Shown here: positions 30,253-40,106 of the stretch, in pieces | Numbering within the stretch: the first letter of the stretch is position 1 | Layout of the letters: every line of letters begins with the position of its first letter | NCBI GenBank assembly: GCA_963718615.1 | Contig: OY970368.1 | Coordinates: 4,512,001-4,576,000 of the forward strand | Direction of reading: 5' to 3' | Origin: an uncultured cyanobacterium | GTDB lineage: Bacteria > Cyanobacteriota > Cyanobacteriia > PCC-9006 > JAAUQQ01 | DNA length: 64,000 nt | Translations under genes and position numbers: made by a program | Notes under the pieces: model-generated | Databases searched by the model: none | Seen by the model: the letters and a program-made list of their open reading frames with translations, nothing else | What the model was told of the DNA's origin: nothing

Positions 30253-31182
30253 ATGGTTTCTGTCATTTATTCCGATGAATTTCTCGATCACAACACCGGT
30301 TCGTTTCATCCGGAATGTGCAGGACGCCTCACAGCCATTATCAATGCCTTGCAGGCGGAAGATTGGGCTGAGCAAATCCATTGGCAATTGCCTCAGTCCA
30401 TCGCAGGAACCGGGGCAGAAGTCGCACTGGTTCAGCGGATTTCAGCCCTGCAAGATTGGCGCTATGTTGAAGCCGTTAAAGCGCTGGCAGCAAGAGGGGG
30501 GGGCCAAATTGATGCGGATACGATCGTTTCATCCCGCAGTTATGACGTTGCCCTTTTAGCGGTGCAGGCTTGGCTAGATGGGGTCAATCTTGTGCTGGCG
30601 TCAGGAGAGCCGGTTTTTGTGGCGGCGCGGCCACCGGGGCACCATGCCACATCGCGGCGGGGAATGGGGTTTTGTTTGTTTTCCAATGGGGCGATCGCCG
30701 CCCATTACGCCCTAGAAAAACCAGGGATTGAGCGGGTCGCGATTCTCGACTGGGATGTTCACCATGGCAATGGTACCCAGGACATTGTGGAAAAGCATGC
30801 CCAGATTGCCTATTGTTCGCTCCATCAATTTCCCCACTATCCCGGTACAGGTCGTGCCGATGAAACGGGTCAGTTTGGCAATATCTTGAATATTCCCATG
30901 GCGGCAGGTAGCGTTTTGTCGGATTATTTGTCGGCCTTTGAGGGGCAAGTCATGCCGTTCCTGCGGCAGTTTGACCCCGATTTTTTGATTATTAGTGCAG
31001 GCTACGATGCAGCCCAAGCGGATCCCCTGGCGGAAATTGCGCTACAGCCGGAGGACTATGGCATTTTGATGGAACAATGCTTGGGATTAACCCGGCGAAT
31101 TTTATTGGGATTGGAGGGGGGCTATGATTTTGAAGCGTTGGGGCGAGCCGTAGTCGCAACATTGGCGGCGGCTTTCGCTTGA
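30253..31182 (+). CDS. Histone deacetylase family protein
   Basis: HPE, RPPGHHA, DWDVHHGNGTQ, SAGYDA, LEGGY. Confidence 0.95.
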   Translation: MVSVIYSDEFLDHNTGSFHPECAGRLTAIINALQAEDWAEQIHWQLPQSIAGTGAEVALVQRISALQDWRYVEAVKALAARGGGQIDADTIVSSRSYDVALLAVQAWLDGVNLVLASGEPVFVAARPPGHHATSRRGMGFCLFSNGAIAAHYALEKPGIERVAILDWDVHHGNGTQDIVEKHAQIAYCSLHQFPHYPGTGRADETGQFGNILNIPMAAGSVLSDYLSAFEGQVMPFLRQFDPDFLIISAGYDAAQADPLAEIALQPEDYGILMEQCLGLTRRILLGLEGGYDFEALGRAVVATLAAAFA

Positions 31183-31279
31183 CCAAACGATCCATAATGC
31201 AAGAATGCAAGCGGACACACACTGCATGCTGGGTTCACGCTGAATCCAGGCTCAATTCAAGGAGTAAACCTAACTAACC

Positions 31280-31939
31280 ATGAAAGCACTCGTCGCAGGG
31301 GCCACCGGCAAAACCGGATATCGCATTGTCAAAGAACTGATTGCCCAAGGGATTCCCGTCAAGGCTTTGGTCCGGGATGCAGAAAAGGCCAAATCGCTGC
31401 TGCCGAGGGAAGCAGAAATTATCATCGGTGATGTGCTAGCGCCTGAAACCCTGGATGCGGCGCTGGTTGATTGCACTGTGCTGCTCAGCGCTACCGGCGC
31501 TGCCCCCAGTTTTGACCCCACCGGCCCCTACAAAGTTGATTACGAAGGCACCAAAAATCTGGTGGATGCCGCCAAACGCAACAACATCGAGCATTTTGTC
31601 ATGGTGTCGTCGCTGTGCGTCTCCAAGTTTTTCCATCCGCTCAATTTGTTTTGGCTGATTCTCGTTTGGAAGAAGCAAGCAGAGGAGTATCTACAACAGA
31701 GTGGTTTGACCTATACGATTGTCCGTCCCGGCGGGCTCAAGGAAGACGAGTCCGACGATCAGCTCGTGATGGAAGGTGCAGATTCGCTGTTTGAAGGCAG
31801 TTTGCCTCGGACTCAAGTGGCGCAGGTCTGTGTGGCGGCACTCTCTGAATCGGCCTCAAGGGATAAAATCGTCGAGATTGTCGCCCGATCTGATGCACCA
31901 GCAACCTCTATAAACGCGCTATTCGCTCAGGTGAAGTAG
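31280..31939 (+). CDS. Atypical SDR, NAD(P)H-binding oxidoreductase
   Basis: GATGKTG, VDYEGTKNL, TIVRPGGL. Confidence 0.9.
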   Translation: MKALVAGATGKTGYRIVKELIAQGIPVKALVRDAEKAKSLLPREAEIIIGDVLAPETLDAALVDCTVLLSATGAAPSFDPTGPYKVDYEGTKNLVDAAKRNNIEHFVMVSSLCVSKFFHPLNLFWLILVWKKQAEEYLQQSGLTYTIVRPGGLKEDESDDQLVMEGADSLFEGSLPRTQVAQVCVAALSESASRDKIVEIVARSDAPATSINALFAQVK

Positions 31940-31954
31940 CAACAGCAACCGGGG

Positions 31955-33019
31955 TTAAAGCCCCGACGATCGCACCTTGTAATCAATTTTCTCGATGGGT
32001 AGATTCTCACAATCCCAATCGTCGTACCGTAATTGTAAGCGTTGCTCACCTGCATATTCTACCAGCTTGCCGCCGTAGCGTTCAGCTTCGGTGCCCAAGC
32101 TCTGAATGCGCACTTGGCCATTAAACACCGTGGCGCGGGCGAGATAAATCACCAAATCATCCCGCGAGGGTCGATTGACCGTCGTACTGGCGGTGAGGTG
32201 GGCTAGCCCGCGCTCGTCCATTTCTTGGGTCAGGGCTAGGGCCGTATTGCGGATGCCGCGAATGGCGACGATCGCCGCCGCTACGGCCATGGTGATGTCT
32301 ACACCACCATCGGTCAAAATAGAATGGTTGGACAGATACTGGAAATTTCGCTCTCTCAAATCGTCCCGAATGCGACGATGAATCAAGTTGTGGGAGTTGT
32401 AATGGCTCAAGGCTCCCACAATTGCACCACAGGCGGCCCGTGGTTCTCGCCAAGGGGATTCGCGGGTTTTGCCATAGATGTGCTGGCCGCCTTCACGCAA
32501 CCGACCCACATGGGTTTTGAGGTCAATGGCCACGAGGGAAATGGACTGGGGATTGCCCGCATAGAGTCGCCACTTGAGTTGCTCATCCAATTCATGGGCC
32601 ACCGTCACATGGGCTAAGGTCGCGCCATTGTCCGTGCCACCGCCTGCCGGGAAAAAGGCTTCTAGCTTGAGTTCCCCAATTTCGGAGAGGGTGGCAAACC
32701 GGGAAGCCACGACATCGCGGTAGCGCTTGGTTGCTTCTCCTTGGTGGATGCGATCGCCACAATTCGTATAGGCCAAGGTCGTCACCACACTGGGCAAGCT
32801 CAAATCTGCCCCGCAGGCTTTCATGTCCGTAGGGCTCCCCGCTGCAAACTGTAGCTCATCGCGCAGGAGTTGGAGGCCGTTGATGAGGGCGTAGCGATCG
32901 CTGACAATTTCGTTGAGGTAATTGTGGTAGGCGTTGCGCTCCATGCCAAAACTTGCAGAGAGTTGCCAAAAATAGTCAACGCGTTTTTGGGTGGCCGTGG
33001 CATCAAAGGGCAAGGACAT
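31955..33019 (-). CDS. Hypothetical protein; candidate LCIB/LCIC-like carbonic anhydrase-fold Zn protein
   Basis: Ordered motifs NCGD, FFPAGGG, THVG and AACGAIVGAL match the Cys-x-Asp / His / Cys-Gly-Ala Zn-ligand layout of the LCIB family. Confidence 0.6.
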   Translation of the reverse strand: MSLPFDATATQKRVDYFWQLSASFGMERNAYHNYLNEIVSDRYALINGLQLLRDELQFAAGSPTDMKACGADLSLPSVVTTLAYTNCGDRIHQGEATKRYRDVVASRFATLSEIGELKLEAFFPAGGGTDNGATLAHVTVAHELDEQLKWRLYAGNPQSISLVAIDLKTHVGRLREGGQHIYGKTRESPWREPRAACGAIVGALSHYNSHNLIHRRIRDDLRERNFQYLSNHSILTDGGVDITMAVAAAIVAIRGIRNTALALTQEMDERGLAHLTASTTVNRPSRDDLVIYLARATVFNGQVRIQSLGTEAERYGGKLVEYAGEQRLQLRYDDWDCENLPIEKIDYKVRSSGL

Positions 33020-33238
33020 AACCAGAATTTCGCTCGTAAGGGTTCGCGGCTTTCAAATTGCAGCACATCGCAGCGAATTGCCGCAATTACACTGTCCTTA
33101 GTCTACTGCTCTTAGCCGATGGAAATGACTCTTCGTTACGGCACTGAATAAGTTCAGTCAATCCAGACGAAGACCCAACTATCAGAGCAAACCATCAGGG
33201 CAAATGTAACCCGTTTAGATCTTAAAGACTATAAGACT

Positions 33239-34297
33239 ATGCCTCAGTTTTCCGTTCGTCCATCCTCTCTTCTCGCTGTTTTGGTCATCGGTCTCAGCTT
33301 CACCGCATCGGATCTCGCTGGGGTCAGTCCTTGGGCAACTTCTCCCCTAGGTAGACAGGAGGCGATCGCCCAACCCCTGCGCTCAGCCCAACTTCTGTAC
33401 ACCCTCACTGGTCACGGAGGCGGCATCAATACCGTTGCCTTTACCCGCTTTAACCACTACGCAATCAGTGGCAGCGTCGATAAAACCATCCGAGTGTGGG
33501 ATCTGGATAATGGTTCTTTGGTGCGCACCCTAAACGGCTCCCATGCCGTCAGCAATATCGTTCTCAGTCCCGACAGCAATAAAATCTACAGCACAGGACC
33601 CAGCTATGCCCCTTCCGTCAAAATTTGGCAGCGCGAAACGGGGCAACTCAAAAAAGTGATCAGCGATTTTGAAGCCGTTGTCAGGTCCATGGATGTTAGC
33701 GGCGACAGCGAAGTTTTGGCCACTGCGGTGCTTGAAGGCATCGTTGAACTTTGGGATACGCGCACCGGGGAACGCCTCAAAACCCTACGCGGCCATACGG
33801 ATTATGTAACGGCAGTGGCCTTTGCACCAGGGGGTAAAAAGCTGGTGAGTGGTGCTTCGGGGCGCGATCGCTCCATCAAAGTCTGGAATGTCGATAAAGG
33901 TGAAGAAATATACACCATTAGTCCCCAAAACAATGGCCATCAAGATTGGGTTTTAGACGTTGCAGTCTCGGACAATGGTCGCTATATCGTCAGCGGTAGC
34001 GCCGACAAAACCCTCAAGCTTTGGGATCTTGAAACTGGAACATTGCTGAGAACGTTCTCGGGGCACAACCATTGGGTGCGATCGGTTGCCATTAGCAACA
34101 ACAACGACTACATTGTCAGCGGTAGTAAGGATGGTACCGTCAAGGTTTGGGACCTGAAAACCGGTGCAATACTTTACGATATCAAGGCGGTCGATCGCGG
34201 GAGCGATGAGGTCAGAGCCGTTGATTTTGCCTCAGACAATAAAACCATTATGGCCGGATTGACCGATAGTAAAGTCAAAATTTGGCGACTCAATTAG
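33239..34297 (+). CDS. Secreted WD40-repeat protein
   Basis: About seven GH...WD repeats after an N-terminal signal region. Confidence 0.93.
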   Translation: MPQFSVRPSSLLAVLVIGLSFTASDLAGVSPWATSPLGRQEAIAQPLRSAQLLYTLTGHGGGINTVAFTRFNHYAISGSVDKTIRVWDLDNGSLVRTLNGSHAVSNIVLSPDSNKIYSTGPSYAPSVKIWQRETGQLKKVISDFEAVVRSMDVSGDSEVLATAVLEGIVELWDTRTGERLKTLRGHTDYVTAVAFAPGGKKLVSGASGRDRSIKVWNVDKGEEIYTISPQNNGHQDWVLDVAVSDNGRYIVSGSADKTLKLWDLETGTLLRTFSGHNHWVRSVAISNNNDYIVSGSKDGTVKVWDLKTGAILYDIKAVDRGSDEVRAVDFASDNKTIMAGLTDSKVKIWRLN

Positions 34298-34321
34298 CTT
34301 GTTGCTTGTTTGCTTTAGGAA

Positions 34322-34630
34322 TTAAATGAATCGGGAATGGGGTTGTTGATAATCCTGACAGCCGATTGCCGCCTCAGTCAGCGCCCTATGCGGATGCACC
34401 GTGCATTTGAGTCGGTAATCATGGGTAAAAAATTCACAATTGGCGCAGGGAATTTGATGCATTTCCTGGGATCGATGGATTGTGGCTTGCCAGGTTGCGA
34501 CCAGATTCCAGAGGGTGAGGAGGGCGATCGCCCAAGCCAATCCCGCCAACACCACCGTCGGCACTGACCGAACCCATTGTAAAATCGTGCCCATGGCTTG
34601 AAGAACGACATTCATCATAAAATCTGCCAT
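34322..34630 (-). CDS. Small membrane-anchored Cys-rich hypothetical protein
   Basis: One TM segment, then IPCANCEFFT..YRLKCTVHP...C. Confidence 0.7.
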   Translation of the reverse strand: MADFMMNVVLQAMGTILQWVRSVPTVVLAGLAWAIALLTLWNLVATWQATIHRSQEMHQIPCANCEFFTHDYRLKCTVHPHRALTEAAIGCQDYQQPHSRFI

Positions 34631-34664
34631 CCACCATCCCCCCTAGCTTACGCGATCTCGAAGG

Positions 34665-34702
34665 TTCGGGCACAGGTATTCGGGCACGGGTCATTCGGGC
34701 AC
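34665..34702. repeat. Triple direct repeat TTCGGGCAC in the divergent intergenic region
   Basis: Copies at 34665, 34679 and 34694. Confidence 0.85.
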
Positions 34703-34841
34703 TGGCCAGATGTTACCGTTGTTCACGAAAGCACTAATTTCCGACCGGAGAACCGGGGTTTGTGGCATATTAGGAGCCCAGGCTCACAAACCTGAATTGT
34801 TTTGCATTGATTTCAATTGATTTCACAGGAAGTCTGTACCT

Positions 34842-35483
34842 ATGGCGCTCCAACTCGGCGATCAAGTTCCAAACTTTACCCAAAAGTCCTCCATGGGGGA
34901 CATTAATTTCTACGATTGGGCTGGTGATAGCTGGGTCGTACTCTTTTCTCACCCGGCTGACTATACCCCTGTCTGCACCACCGAACTCGGGACCGTCGCC
35001 AAATATCGGCCAGAATTCGAAAAGCGCAACGTTAAAACCCTGGCCCTTAGCGTCGATGGGGTCGAATCCCACCAGGGATGGATCAACGACATCAACGAAA
35101 CCCAAGGCACTCGCGTCGATTATCCCATCCTGGCCGATGAAGACAAAACCGTCTCCGAACTGTACGGAATGATTCATCCCAATTCTAGTACGGGCAATAC
35201 CCTGACGGTTCGGTCTGTCTTTGTCATTGATCCCAACAAAAAGTTGCGTCTCACGATTACCTATCCCGCCAGCACAGGCCGAAACTTCGATGAATTGCTA
35301 CGGGTGATTGATTCCCTCCAGCTCACGGACGATCACAAGGTTGCCACCCCCGCGAACTGGAACGATGGCGATGACTGCGTTGTGGTTCCGTCCATTGTCA
35401 CCGCAGATGCGCAGCAACAGTTCCCCAAAGGGGTGACCGAAATTAAGTCCTATCTGCGCATGACCCCTCAACCGAATAAGTAA
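34842..35483 (+). CDS. 1-Cys peroxiredoxin (Prx6 family)
   Basis: FSHPADYTPVCTTE, YPASTGRNFDE. Confidence 0.96.
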   Translation: MALQLGDQVPNFTQKSSMGDINFYDWAGDSWVVLFSHPADYTPVCTTELGTVAKYRPEFEKRNVKTLALSVDGVESHQGWINDINETQGTRVDYPILADEDKTVSELYGMIHPNSSTGNTLTVRSVFVIDPNKKLRLTITYPASTGRNFDELLRVIDSLQLTDDHKVATPANWNDGDDCVVVPSIVTADAQQQFPKGVTEIKSYLRMTPQPNK

Positions 35484-35537
35484 GCCATCGGTCAGCTATC
35501 GGTTAGCCAGCCGGATTCATGCACCTGTTCCCAGTCA

Positions 35538-35578
35538 CATTGCGAGGCATTGCGGTCCGCTTCCCCTCGCAATGCCTC
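35538..35578. terminator. Inverted repeat downstream of the peroxiredoxin gene; possible terminator or stabilising hairpin
   Basis: GAGGCATTGCG/CGCAATGCCTC, or alternatively CATTGCGAGG/CCTCGCAATG. Confidence 0.45.
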
Positions 35579-35638
35579 TGCCATTTTGTGCCAAGCTAGG
35601 GAAGAGACCTTTCTGCCCGTACCGCACCGCTAACCCCT

Positions 35639-36151
35639 ATGTCTACCCTGACCCAGGAGCTGACCCTGAGACCGACCAGTGCTGCCGATCTCGACTTTGT
35701 TTTCGAAGCCGAATCGGCACCCGCAAATCGTCGGTTTGTCATCCCTTGGAGCCGCAGTCAGCATGAAGCTGCTCTCGAAGATCCCAATCTACAACACTGG
35801 ATCGTAGAAAGTGAAAAGCCCTTGGGATATTTCATCCTAGCGGGGCTCCAAAATCCGAATCAGAGCCTTGAAATGCGTCGGATTGTGATTACCGAGAAAG
35901 GTCGAGGCTATGGTCGTCGGGCGATTAAGCTGACCCTGGGCTATATTTTTGACGAACTGGAGATCCATCGGTTTTGGGTGGAGGTCAAGGATTTTGATGT
36001 GCGGACGCTGCATCTGTATCGCTCCTTGGGGTTTGTGGAAGAGGGCAAATTGCGAGAAAGTTATAAAAGCGCTGAAGGCTTTGAGTCTTTGGTGTTGCTG
36101 TCGATGTTGCGATCGGAATACGAGCAACTAGTGGGCTACCTCATTGACTAA
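35639..36151 (+). CDS. GNAT acetyltransferase (SpeG/RimJ-like)
   Basis: KGRGYGR, LYRSLGFVEEGKLRE. Confidence 0.88.
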   Translation: MSTLTQELTLRPTSAADLDFVFEAESAPANRRFVIPWSRSQHEAALEDPNLQHWIVESEKPLGYFILAGLQNPNQSLEMRRIVITEKGRGYGRRAIKLTLGYIFDELEIHRFWVEVKDFDVRTLHLYRSLGFVEEGKLRESYKSAEGFESLVLLSMLRSEYEQLVGYLID

Positions 36152-36175
36152 CCGTAGAGAAGCATCGAGAACATT

Positions 36176-37150
36176 ATGGGGATCACCAACGGTTTTGTAG
36201 GTACGGTCGGGAATACGCCACTCATTCGCTTGAACAGTGTGAGTGAGGCAACGGGGTGTGAGATTTTAGGCAAGGCGGAGTTTTTGAATCCCGGTGGATC
36301 GGTAAAAGATCGAGCAGCGCTGTTCATTATTGAAGATGCCGAACGGCGGGGATTGCTCAAACCCGGAGGCACAGTGGTCGAAGGCACCGCTGGCAATACG
36401 GGGATCGGTCTCGCCCATATTTGTAATGCCAAAGGTTATCGCTGTCTCATCGTGATCCCCGAGACCCAGTCCCAGGAAAAAATCGATTTGCTGCGTACCT
36501 TGGGGGCAGAAGTGCGCACAGTGCCTGCGGTTCCTTACCGTGATCCCAACAATTATGTAAAGCTTTCCGGACGAATTGCGGAAGAATTACCCAACGCCAT
36601 CTGGGCGAATCAATTTGATAATTTGGCCAACCGTCAAGCTCATTACAAAACTACTGGCCCCGAGATTTGGGCGCAAACCAAGGGTCGAGTGGATGCCTGG
36701 GTCGCTGCCATTGGTACGGGCGGTACCTATGCTGGAACGGCAATGTTTTTGAAGGAACAAAACCCTGCGATTCAATGTGTTATCGCGGATCCCCTAGGAA
36801 GCGGTCTCTACAGTTACGTCAAAACCGGTGAAATTGCGATTGAGGGTAGCTCTATCACCGAAGGGATTGGCAATAGCCGCGTCACCGCTAATCTGCAAGG
36901 ATCGCCGATGGATGATGCTATTCAGGTGACCGACCCAGAAGCCCTAGAGATAATTTATCAATTGTTGCGACAGGACGGATTGTTTATGGGGGGATCGGTG
37001 GGAATTAATGTTGGTGCAGCCGTAAAACTAGCTCAAACCCTGGGACCGGGCCATACCCTTGTGACGGTGCTCTGTGATGGCGGTGCGCGCTATCAATCTC
37101 GGATTTTTAGTCAAGAATGGCTGGCCTCTAAGGGATTGACCATGCCTTAA
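36176..37150 (+). CDS. cysK: Cysteine synthase
   Basis: KAEFLNPGGSVKDR, EGTAGNTG, GTGGT. Confidence 0.92.
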   Translation: MGITNGFVGTVGNTPLIRLNSVSEATGCEILGKAEFLNPGGSVKDRAALFIIEDAERRGLLKPGGTVVEGTAGNTGIGLAHICNAKGYRCLIVIPETQSQEKIDLLRTLGAEVRTVPAVPYRDPNNYVKLSGRIAEELPNAIWANQFDNLANRQAHYKTTGPEIWAQTKGRVDAWVAAIGTGGTYAGTAMFLKEQNPAIQCVIADPLGSGLYSYVKTGEIAIEGSSITEGIGNSRVTANLQGSPMDDAIQVTDPEALEIIYQLLRQDGLFMGGSVGINVGAAVKLAQTLGPGHTLVTVLCDGGARYQSRIFSQEWLASKGLTMP

Positions 37151-37392
37151 AAAACTTAAGAAAAACAGAGAAACACAGAGTTCGGTAACACCCTCGTAAA
37201 GTTTTCGGTCATCCGTACGCCAATTCTAGAAAAGCTGACTACAGTGGAAAAGCAATCAAAAGGCAAGGCGTAATTCAATAAATTGATTGCTGTTTTTGAT
37301 TTTGTTTTACGTTTCCTTGCAAATGATTCTAGAAAAGTTACGGAAAAAGTTACGAAAACATTCGCCAAACCGAAGGCGAAAGGAGATCGATC

Positions 37393-37662
37393 ATGGCTCA
37401 AGTTTTACAGTCTGCTGATTCCGTTTCCGGTGCTGTGGGGCAAAGTTTGGAGGCGCGGATTCATGGGGCGATCGCCGAAGCTCGTCAAGCCTGTTCTGTC
37501 AGTGGTGATTATTCGAGTGAATGTGTTATCGCTTGGGAAACAGTAGAAGAGCTCCAGGCTGAACGCTCCCATCAGCAAGATGCCGCAGATGCTCAACCCT
37601 TCTTTTCCCAATTCTGCTCGGAACATCCCGAAGCCGATGAGTGTCGAATTTACGACGTTTAA
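37393..37662 (+). CDS. cp12: Calvin cycle regulator CP12 with both Cys pairs
   Basis: C-x9-C, AWETVEEL, FCSEHPEADECRIYD. Confidence 0.93.
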   Translation: MAQVLQSADSVSGAVGQSLEARIHGAIAEARQACSVSGDYSSECVIAWETVEELQAERSHQQDAADAQPFFSQFCSEHPEADECRIYDV

Positions 37663-37673
37663 CCTGATAGTTT

Positions 37674-39335
37674 ATGCCCCCACGTCCCAGCCTACCGTTC
37701 GTCAGCCGCCGCCAAACTGAAATTATTGAAGTAGTGGCTCGCAATGGCTGGGACTACTTTCGCAATCAGCTTTCTCTCAACCCCAAGCCTGAAGAATTCC
37801 GCTTACCGTTACCCGAGGTGCTGCGGCAAATTTTGATTGAGTTGGGGCCAACGTTTGTCAAATTAGGTCAGTTGCTGAGTACTCGCCCAGACCTAGTCGG
37901 GCCAGAATATATTACTGCCCTAGAAACGCTGCAAAGTGACGTTCCGGCGCTGCCGTGGGCTGCCGTGGAACAGGTGTTACGGGCGGAATTGCAGCAATCC
38001 CTAGATGAGTATTTTCTGCACATTGATCCCCAGGCGATCGCCGCTGGTTCCCTGGGCCAAGTCCATCGGGGAAAACTTCAGGACGGCACCCCCGTGGCCA
38101 TTAAGGTACAGCGTCCAGGCATTCGGGAGGTGATTGAACAGGATTTGGAGGGATTGAAGGCGATCGCCACTCTCTTTGACCGAGGGGGCGGTTTAGGTAA
38201 AGCCTATGACTTGCCGGGTCTCGTCGAAGAATTTCGCAATAGCCTCATGGGCGAACTGGACTTTCGGCGGGAGGGGCTAAATACTCAGAAGTTGCAGGAG
38301 AATCTAGCCCATAGCTTTCTATGGGATTCCGGCCAGGTGGTGGTTCCCACGGTGCATTTTGAATGCACAACCGAGCGGGTGCTGGTCTTGGAATGGATCG
38401 AAGGGGTCAAACTGACCGATGCACGGCTGCCACCGGAGCGCCGTAAGGCCGTTGCAGAACTCACGACCCAGGTGATGATGCAACAGATGTTTTTGAATCG
38501 GTTTTTCCATGCGGATCCCCATCCCGGCAATTTTCTCTATATTGCCGATGAGAAGCAGGTGCGGATTGCCTTGTTGGACTGCGGCATGGTAGCAATTCTG
38601 GACCCTCGTACCCAGCGGATTATTACGGATTTAATCATTGGTGTGGTGTACGAGCAACCACGTCAGGTCGCTCAAGCCGTTCGGGAACTGGGATTTGCGC
38701 GATTAGAAGTCGATTTACGAGCCCTTGAAGCTGAATTTGATCGACTTCTGCGGCGATTCTATACGCGCCCCTTAGAAGCGATTAACCTGACTGAATTACT
38801 CAACGAAGCCCTACGAATTCCTCGGGAAAATCAGATTCAGATGCCGGGAACGATTGGGCTATTTGTTAAGGCGATCGCCAACGTCGAAGGCATTGCCCGC
38901 CAGTTGGATCCGCAATTTGCCTTTGTGGACGTGGCGCGACCTGTGGTAGAGCGATCGCTCCAGCAGCGTCTTCTCAGCCCAGCCTTTGGGGCAGATTTGG
39001 CCCGCTCTTCCCTGTATTTATCCCAGCTTTTGCTCGACTTTCCCCAGCGATTGGATGTGTTGCTGGATCGACTGGAACGATCGGAACTGGGGCTCAACTG
39101 GCGCTGGCGAGGGCAAACGGAATTTCAGGCGATCGCCTCCCGCAAAGTGAGTCAGCTTACTCTAGCCTTGATGGGAATGGGCTGTTTGGTTGCAGGAGCA
39201 ATCTTAGTCTTAGCTAGCGCCCAGGAAACTTCGGCTTTGCCCTCGCGCAGTTTGTTTTTCTGGAGTCAAGGGCTGCTGATTTTGGGGAGCGGGATTAATC
39301 TTGGACTACTCTTCAAATTATTGCTGCGCTCCTAA
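37674..39335 (+). CDS. ABC1/UbiB (AarF) atypical kinase
   Basis: GPTFVKLGQ, AAGSLGQVH, VAIKVQRP, FFHADPHPGN, LDCGM. Confidence 0.95.
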   Translation: MPPRPSLPFVSRRQTEIIEVVARNGWDYFRNQLSLNPKPEEFRLPLPEVLRQILIELGPTFVKLGQLLSTRPDLVGPEYITALETLQSDVPALPWAAVEQVLRAELQQSLDEYFLHIDPQAIAAGSLGQVHRGKLQDGTPVAIKVQRPGIREVIEQDLEGLKAIATLFDRGGGLGKAYDLPGLVEEFRNSLMGELDFRREGLNTQKLQENLAHSFLWDSGQVVVPTVHFECTTERVLVLEWIEGVKLTDARLPPERRKAVAELTTQVMMQQMFLNRFFHADPHPGNFLYIADEKQVRIALLDCGMVAILDPRTQRIITDLIIGVVYEQPRQVAQAVRELGFARLEVDLRALEAEFDRLLRRFYTRPLEAINLTELLNEALRIPRENQIQMPGTIGLFVKAIANVEGIARQLDPQFAFVDVARPVVERSLQQRLLSPAFGADLARSSLYLSQLLLDFPQRLDVLLDRLERSELGLNWRWRGQTEFQAIASRKVSQLTLALMGMGCLVAGAILVLASAQETSALPSRSLFFWSQGLLILGSGINLGLLFKLLLRS

Positions 39336-39425
39336 ACTGAAGGTTCTAGATCTCAAATTATCTTGACAAGAAAAATTGATTGTCTCGCTCCCTATTATCA
39401 TCTTTAAAGAAAGTTCTACTAGATG

Positions 39426-40106
39426 TTAAACAGTCTCTCGTAGCGCATAACCTACGCCACGAACTGTATAAATCAGGCGTTTTCGCTGACCTGCTTCTAG
39501 TTTGATACGCAATGCTCGAATATAGACCTCAATAATGTTAGATTCACCACTAAAATCATAGCCCCAAACCTTTTCCAAAATTTGTTCACGAGTCAACACC
39601 TGTCGGGGATGACGGATAAGAAGTTCTAATAAATCGAATTCTTTTGCGGTAAGTTGAATTAATTGGCAATCGCGATATACTTCACGAGTAATCCTGTTTA
39701 AAGATAAATCTTCAAAGATGAATAAGCTAGAAAAACTGTGACGAAAACGACGTAAGTGTGCATTGACTCTAGCAAGGAGCTCTTCAATACTAAAGGGTTT
39801 AATAACATAGTCATCCGCCCCTGCATTCAACCCCGCAACGCGGTCAAGAATTTCGTCTTTTGCCGTCAGCAGAATGATAGGAGTCTGAATTCCCATAGAA
39901 CGAAGTCTCTTACAGATATCTAAACCTGACATACCGGGCATTAACCAATCTAAAATCAGCAAGCTGGGCTGAACTTCTCGTGCTAGCGCCAATCCATCGA
40001 CACCATTGAATGCAACGGTGACATTATATCCCTCTAGATTAAGCTCTAATTTGATAAACTGTGCCAATTTTGAATCGTCTTCGACGAGAAGAATATGGGA
40101 AGTCAT
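39426..40106 (-). CDS. OmpR-family response regulator
   Basis: ILLVEDD, LDWLMP, GADDYVIKPF, TVRGVGY; ATG 40106 overlaps the kinase stop. Confidence 0.95.
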   Translation of the reverse strand: MTSHILLVEDDSKLAQFIKLELNLEGYNVTVAFNGVDGLALAREVQPSLLILDWLMPGMSGLDICKRLRSMGIQTPIILLTAKDEILDRVAGLNAGADDYVIKPFSIEELLARVNAHLRRFRHSFSSLFIFEDLSLNRITREVYRDCQLIQLTAKEFDLLELLIRHPRQVLTREQILEKVWGYDFSGESNIIEVYIRALRIKLEAGQRKRLIYTVRGVGYALRETV

